NCBI GenBank assembly: GCA_038866525.1
Contig: JAWBZG010000001.1
Location: forward strand, 1,285 to 65,284
Source of the DNA: Candidatus Bathyarchaeia archaeon
Lineage (GTDB): Archaea; Thermoproteota; Bathyarchaeia; Bathyarchaeales; DTEX01
DNA: 64,000 bases
Direction: 5' to 3'
Part shown: piece after piece, positions 63,741-64,000 of the stretch
How the letters are laid out: each line of letters opens with the position of its first letter
How positions within the stretch are numbered: position 1 is the first letter of the stretch
Position numbers and translations under genes: made by a program
The notes under the pieces: generated by a model
The model's database searches: none
What the model was told of the DNA's origin: nothing
Seen by the model: only the letters and a program-made list of their open reading frames with translations

Positions 63741-64000
63741 CTTTTAGCACGTCCCCCCACTTTTAGTCTCCTAACAGAGTCATAAGTTCTAGATACTGAT
63801 TTACTGCGTAACTCTTTAACCATGTCTTCAGTCGAGGTTAACCTTTCTAAGGCTTTATTCCATGCACCGGATTTAACCGGCGCATGGTGAATAGATATTC
63901 TCCTAACCTCTATGGCGCCCTCAACAGGGCAAGCGTTTCTACATGCACCACAATAAACGCAAAATAGATCGTTGACGGCAACTTTTCCACTATCGGTAAG
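63737..64000 (-). CDS. 4Fe-4S ferredoxin-domain protein, 3' part only (gene continues beyond the window)
   Basis: My manual translation of the minus strand gives ...LFCVYCGACRNACPVEGAIEV...RLKVGGRAKR stop. Its TGA overlaps the hdrA ATG (ATGA). This ORF is not in the supplied track because it is open at the window edge. Confidence 0.6.
   Translation of the reverse strand, partial: LTDSGKVAVNDLFCVYCGACRNACPVEGAIEVRRISIHHAPVKSGAWNKALERLTSTEDMVKELRSKSVSRTYDSVRRLKVGGRAKR

Noticed and set aside
1-64000. A search for CRISPR arrays, tRNA and rRNA genes in all spacers longer than 80 bp.
   Set aside because: No regularly spaced direct repeats were seen, and no cloverleaf-compatible sequences with T-loop (GTTCRANYC) motifs. 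This was done by eye only, so tRNAscan-SE and Infernal should confirm it.

Overview
This 64 kb window is a densely coded stretch of archaeal chromosome, with genes on both strands, short spacers, frequent 4-10 nt overlaps and GGAGG-type ribosome-binding sites. The archaeal assignment rests on GatD/GatE, an L3-L4-L23-L2 ribosomal block, Trm1, deoxyhypusine synthase, an Rpo5/RpoH subunit, archaeal-type PPAT, the thiolase/DUF35 pair and an HdrA-MvhD fusion. The gene content looks like an uncultured heterotrophic TACK/Thermoproteota-type lineage (Bathyarchaeia-like), but that guess cannot be verified from the sequence alone.

Major content:
- CoA salvage genes.
- A cluster of four winged-helix (wHTH) proteins of unknown function.
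- A heptose-phosphate-like operon (DHS-like/SIS fusion, PfkB kinase, HAD).
- Cytoplasmic glycan catabolism: GH38 mannosidase, two Gfo/Idh/MocA dehydrogenases, a TIM-barrel isomerase, DUF2961/GH172, UxuA and a GH29 fucosidase.
- An alpha-glucan/glycogen-type cluster: GH57, two GT4-like synthases and a GalT-family HIT enzyme.
- A ubiquitin-like modifier, plus an E1-like/JAMM gene pair located elsewhere in the window.
- proBA, and two BioB-like radical SAM genes.
- A degraded TnpB remnant.

I found no rRNA, tRNA or CRISPR array by eye.

The most unusual items are:
- a full-length, eukaryote-like Rpb5 architecture for the RNA polymerase H subunit;
- the wHTH paralogue cluster;
- the DHS-like/SIS fusion operon;
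- a roughly 110 aa domain shared between a wHTH regulator and the GH57 enzyme;
- two long noncoding spacers rich in GC stems.

All functional calls come from motif recognition by eye and recalled family patterns. No database search was run.
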